A stretch of 64,000 bases of DNA from Acutalibacteraceae bacterium (lineage in GTDB: Bacteria > Bacillota > Clostridia > Oscillospirales > Acutalibacteraceae), in NCBI GenBank assembly GCA_045532935.1, contig JAZSGW010000013.1:92380-156379 (forward strand). The letters run 5' to 3'. Below are positions 58,303 through 64,000 of the stretch, one piece after another. Made by a program: the position numbers and the translations under genes. Each line of letters starts with the position of its first letter. Positions within the stretch are counted from its first letter, which is position 1. Under the pieces are notes generated by a model. The model was given only the letters and a program-made list of their open reading frames with translations, made no database searches and was not told the origin of the DNA.

Positions 58303-59661
58303 ATGTCTAATTCTTTGAATCCGGTTTTCGGTGAATGGTATGTAGGAAGGCAGATAGGAAACGGAACTGACGGTAAGGTTTTTTCTATATATAAAGAGAA
58401 ATACGACGGTACAAGAGAGACTGCCGTTATGAAAATTCTTCGCCTCGGTGAAAACAGAAGCGAAAGAAAGACCTTTAATATTAATAATTATGATGAAGAA
58501 TCACAGCAGGGGTTTGATAAAATAATCAGGAAGATTCGCCAAAGCATCGAAACTGTACGAAAAGCTGATAACGGTAAATTTTTCATCAGATATGAAGATA
58601 TCGAGCTTCGTAATGCAAGTGACGGAAAAGGAAAGCTTATTCTTATTAAGCTTGAAGAAGGCAAGAGTCTTACTCAGGTGCTTAAAGGGTTTTCATTTAC
58701 ACTTGAGGAAACATACCGTTTAGGTATAAATATATGTCAGGCTCTGAATAAGTGCCGAAGCTTTGATTATGTTTATCCTAACCTCAAGCCTGAAAATATT
58801 ATTTTTGATAAAGAAGGAAGATGTAAGATAGGTGATTTCGGTTCTTTTAGTTGTCTTGAACCGGCTAAAACCTCTATTTCGTACAAACGCACTCAATATT
58901 ATATGGCACCTGAATTTATCAGAACAGGCAACATAAACTGTACTTGTGATACCTATTCCTTGGGTTTGATTTTATATATGCTTACCAATCGCGGACGTTT
59001 ACCTTTTACCGAGCCGTACCCGAATGATGTTACAGTTAATTCGCTTAATGAATCGACTGAACGTAGAATGAATGGCGAGGAGCTTCCTAAGCCTGCATTG
59101 GCGAGTGAGCAGATGTGGAAAATCATAAAAAAAGCTTGTGCCTATAAGCCGAATGAGCGCTATTTCACACCGGAACAAATGCTTTCGGACTTAAAGAATG
59201 CCCTCAACAATCAACCTTTTGACAGTACAAGGTATGATGATGTGTATTCTGAAAGCAATTCTGATTTTCAGGGTGATGAGTCGGTTCTTATTCCTGATGT
59301 TGAACAGGTTAAGGTCAACAAAGAAGAAAAAACAAAGGTTGTATCAATTAAAGAAGAAATACAGATTCCATATGTATCGGGAACCCCTGAATATACAGGT
59401 GCAAACGGTGCCTCTTCAAAAGGTGTTCGAAATGAAAGTAAAATGGAAAAAATTGTTGATACAAAGCCTGTGTCAAAGTTTAACTTTTATAATTTAGGTA
59501 AACTTTTGTTTTCGGCGCTTACAGCGATTATATTTGTTCTTATGTTTATCGGAACAGTAATGCTAAATGTCAATGCTGTTTCCGAAGAGATGTATTTTAA
59601 TTATTTTGATAATAACTATACTGTATTTAACTGTCAAGGAGTGATGCTATATGGCAGCTGA
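58303..59661 (+). CDS. Hanks-type Ser/Thr kinase homologue lacking the HRD Asp, C-terminally membrane anchored
   Basis: Present: Gly-loop IGNGTDGKVF, VAIK-type AVMK, DFG, APE and DTYSLG. The catalytic loop reads YPNLKPEN instead of HRDLKPEN. One TM lies near the C-terminus. Confidence 0.75.
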   Translation: MSNSLNPVFGEWYVGRQIGNGTDGKVFSIYKEKYDGTRETAVMKILRLGENRSERKTFNINNYDEESQQGFDKIIRKIRQSIETVRKADNGKFFIRYEDIELRNASDGKGKLILIKLEEGKSLTQVLKGFSFTLEETYRLGINICQALNKCRSFDYVYPNLKPENIIFDKEGRCKIGDFGSFSCLEPAKTSISYKRTQYYMAPEFIRTGNINCTCDTYSLGLILYMLTNRGRLPFTEPYPNDVTVNSLNESTERRMNGEELPKPALASEQMWKIIKKACAYKPNERYFTPEQMLSDLKNALNNQPFDSTRYDDVYSESNSDFQGDESVLIPDVEQVKVNKEEKTKVVSIKEEIQIPYVSGTPEYTGANGASSKGVRNESKMEKIVDTKPVSKFNFYNLGKLLFSALTAIIFVLMFIGTVMLNVNAVSEEMYFNYFDNNYTVFNCQGVMLYGS

Positions 59662-59962
59662 AATGATTAAAGCCATACTTGATACTGAAGCCAAGGCCAG
59701 AGAAGATGAGGCTAAAGCGAAAAAGATGGCTGAAAAAATTGTTCAGAATGCCAAAATGCAGGCGGATATAATTATAAAAACGTCTGTTGATCAGGCAAAT
59801 AATGAGGCTAACATTATTTTAAGTGACGCAGAGTATTCAGCGTCAGGAGTTCTTAAACAAGCCACAAAACTGGCTGCCTTGAGAGAAAAAAAGTCAATAG
59901 CGAATACTGAAAAGCAATATCAGGAGGCAATCACATCCGTTTTTGATGAGATACTTAAATAA
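59651..59962 (+). CDS. V-type ATPase small coiled-coil stalk subunit (G/H-like)
   Basis: 103 aa, Ala/Lys/Glu-rich helix (EAKAREDEAKAKKMAEKIV). First gene of the ntp-like cluster. The ATG overlaps the kinase-homologue stop by 11 nt. Confidence 0.65.
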   Translation: MAAEMIKAILDTEAKAREDEAKAKKMAEKIVQNAKMQADIIIKTSVDQANNEANIILSDAEYSASGVLKQATKLAALREKKSIANTEKQYQEAITSVFDEILK

Positions 59963-59994
59963 TAATTCAGCAAATTTATCAAGGAGGTGTACAG

Positions 59995-62453
<2,459 letters not shown>

Positions 62454-62491
62454 TGAAATAAGATTAAAGAATATCAAAAGGAGATGATGCA

Positions 62492-63082
62492 ATGACAGGG
62501 CTTGAGAAAATTCAGGAAAAAATTCTGGCTCAGTCTAAGATTAACTGTGAGCTTATAATTGCTGAAGCCAATGAGGAGGCAAAAGCTATTCTCATTGAAG
62601 CGAGAAAACAGGCACAAGAGGCTTACAGCGAGATAATAAGAAATGCTGAAGAGGCATCGAAAAAGAAAAACATCCTGGCAAAAAGCGGCGCAGAATCAAT
62701 AACACGAAACCGTTATCTTGAGGTCAGGAACGCTATCATCAACGATATAATTTCTGCTGCATATGAAGAAATTGAAAAAATGACTGATGATGAGTATTTT
62801 GATATGCTCAGAAGGCTTTGCATAAAGTACATTTCACCCGGTGAATATGTTATGTATCTTAATAGCCGTGACCTCAGCAGACTTCCGGAAGGGTTTGAAG
62901 ACAGTGTGAATGCAGTTGTTTATGAGACGGCTACGGTTTATATTAAAAAAGACCCTATAGATATTGCAAATGGTTTTATTCTTAAAGGTGACGGTGTTGA
63001 AATTAACTGCACCTTAAGGGCAGTTTTTGATGAGAATATGGATAACCTTAAAGATATGTTAAATGTAAGGCTTTTTGGTTAA
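62492..63082 (+). CDS. ntpE: V-type ATPase subunit E
   Basis: 196 aa. N-terminal coiled coil (EANEEAKAILIEARKQAQEA) plus a globular C-domain, in the expected position. Confidence 0.85.
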   Translation: MTGLEKIQEKILAQSKINCELIIAEANEEAKAILIEARKQAQEAYSEIIRNAEEASKKKNILAKSGAESITRNRYLEVRNAIINDIISAAYEEIEKMTDDEYFDMLRRLCIKYISPGEYVMYLNSRDLSRLPEGFEDSVNAVVYETATVYIKKDPIDIANGFILKGDGVEINCTLRAVFDENMDNLKDMLNVRLFG

Positions 63083-63094
63083 GACGGAGGTAAC

Positions 63095-64000
63095 ATGAAA
63101 GACACTAACTATGCTTTTTGCGTTGCCAGAATCAGAGCACTTGAAAATAAGCTTTTGACAAAACAAGATATTTCAACTTTACTCGGTCAGAAGGATTTTC
63201 CTTCTGCGCTCGATTATCTTTCTACTAAAGGTTATTACTGCGAAGACGGCGATATTGAATCGATTGTACGAGCCGAGGAAGACAGGCTTTCGGTAATTCT
63301 TAATGAAAGCGTACCTGATAAAAATGAGTTAAAATCGCTTTATATCATTAACGATTTCTTTAATATCAAGGCATTGGTCAAATGTATCATCGAATCAAAA
63401 AATCCTCTTGAGAGTTTTGTTTATCCTACTACCGTTATTTATAATGAAAACCAATCGTCGTTACCCGAAGAAATTTTCGAATCTCTGGGAGAATTACATC
63501 GTAAAACAGCTTTTGAAGCCTACAGCTATGCCATTAAAAGCGGAAACGGTAGATATTGTGATATAATGATAGATAAAGCTGCAATCAGTAGTCTTGTCGC
63601 ATTATACCAAAAGAGGAAAAGCGGGCTATGCGGAGATATAGCCGCTTTGCTTGCCGATACTGCTAATATAAAAACTGCATTCAGATGTATTTTTACTGAT
63701 CAGAAAGCGGATTTTATATCAGAAGCGATAGGTGAATGCTGCAAACTTGACAGAAAAAAGCTTATAGATGCTGCTGTTACAGGCGTCGACGGCCTCTGTT
63801 CTTATCTTGCAACTACAAATTACAGTAAAGGTGCAGAGATATACAAAACAAAACCATCCGATTTTGAAAAATGGTGTGATAATGAAATAATATCAAAGCT
63901 GAAAAGTTCTATTTATACAAGCTTTGGTTTCGATCCGGTGGTCAGCTATTACTATAGGAAGAATCTTGAGATAAAAACAGTCAGAATGATTCTTACAGCT
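63095..64000 (+). CDS. ntpC: V-type ATPase subunit C (d-subunit), 3' end outside the window
   Basis: Open frame from the ATG at 63095 (GGAGG SD) to the window edge (302 codons). It is absent from the ORF track because no stop is reached. The N-terminus YAFCVARIRALENKLL and ...YYYRKNLEIKTVRMIL are typical. Confidence 0.85.
   Translation, partial: MKDTNYAFCVARIRALENKLLTKQDISTLLGQKDFPSALDYLSTKGYYCEDGDIESIVRAEEDRLSVILNESVPDKNELKSLYIINDFFNIKALVKCIIESKNPLESFVYPTTVIYNENQSSLPEEIFESLGELHRKTAFEAYSYAIKSGNGRYCDIMIDKAAISSLVALYQKRKSGLCGDIAALLADTANIKTAFRCIFTDQKADFISEAIGECCKLDRKKLIDAAVTGVDGLCSYLATTNYSKGAEIYKTKPSDFEKWCDNEIISKLKSSIYTSFGFDPVVSYYYRKNLEIKTVRMILTA

Overview
This 64-kb window looks like chromosome from a low-GC, endospore-forming Firmicute of the class Clostridia. 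Supporting signs are strongly CTT-biased leucine codons, spoIID, a V-type ATPase and many glycoside hydrolases. An Oscillospiraceae/Ruminococcus-like origin is only my guess. I call about 60 genes. Housekeeping blocks are nadD-yqeK/rsfS/leuS, rpsU, pepP-like, hflX, prmA, comM-like, spoIID, citrate synthase, lgt, folD, ilvBNCD-(DUF815)-ridA, ligA, a stand-alone GMP-synthase ATP-PPase gene and pyk. Carbohydrate blocks are GH13, GH31 with a GPH symporter, a partly decayed GH-D/ChbG operon, and GH43. The window also holds a glycine-riboswitch-controlled agcS, tRNA-Pro(GGG) and the 5' part of a V-type ATPase operon. I saw no CRISPR array, transposase, integrase or prophage genes. All protein calls rest on motifs I recognise by eye; no searches were run.

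The most interesting observations are these:
1. A seven-gene minus-strand unit (49220-54342) starts from a consensus promoter and carries two leader regions. Each leader has a Shine-Dalgarno (SD) site and a short ORF that contains an antiterminator strand, followed about 22 nt later by a strong terminator placed just before the next SD. The genes are YhhN, two P-loop kinases, an alkaline-phosphatase-family enzyme, GNAT, a UDG-family deoxyinosine glycosylase and a SAM methyltransferase. They match no described system that I know of.
2. A GC-rich, roughly 190-nt rod-like RNA (possibly 6S-like) lies downstream of a DUF1292 gene.
3. A membrane-anchored Hanks-type kinase homologue lacks the HRD catalytic Asp and is translationally coupled to the V-ATPase operon.
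4. A compositionally foreign orphan gene sits next to tRNA-Pro.
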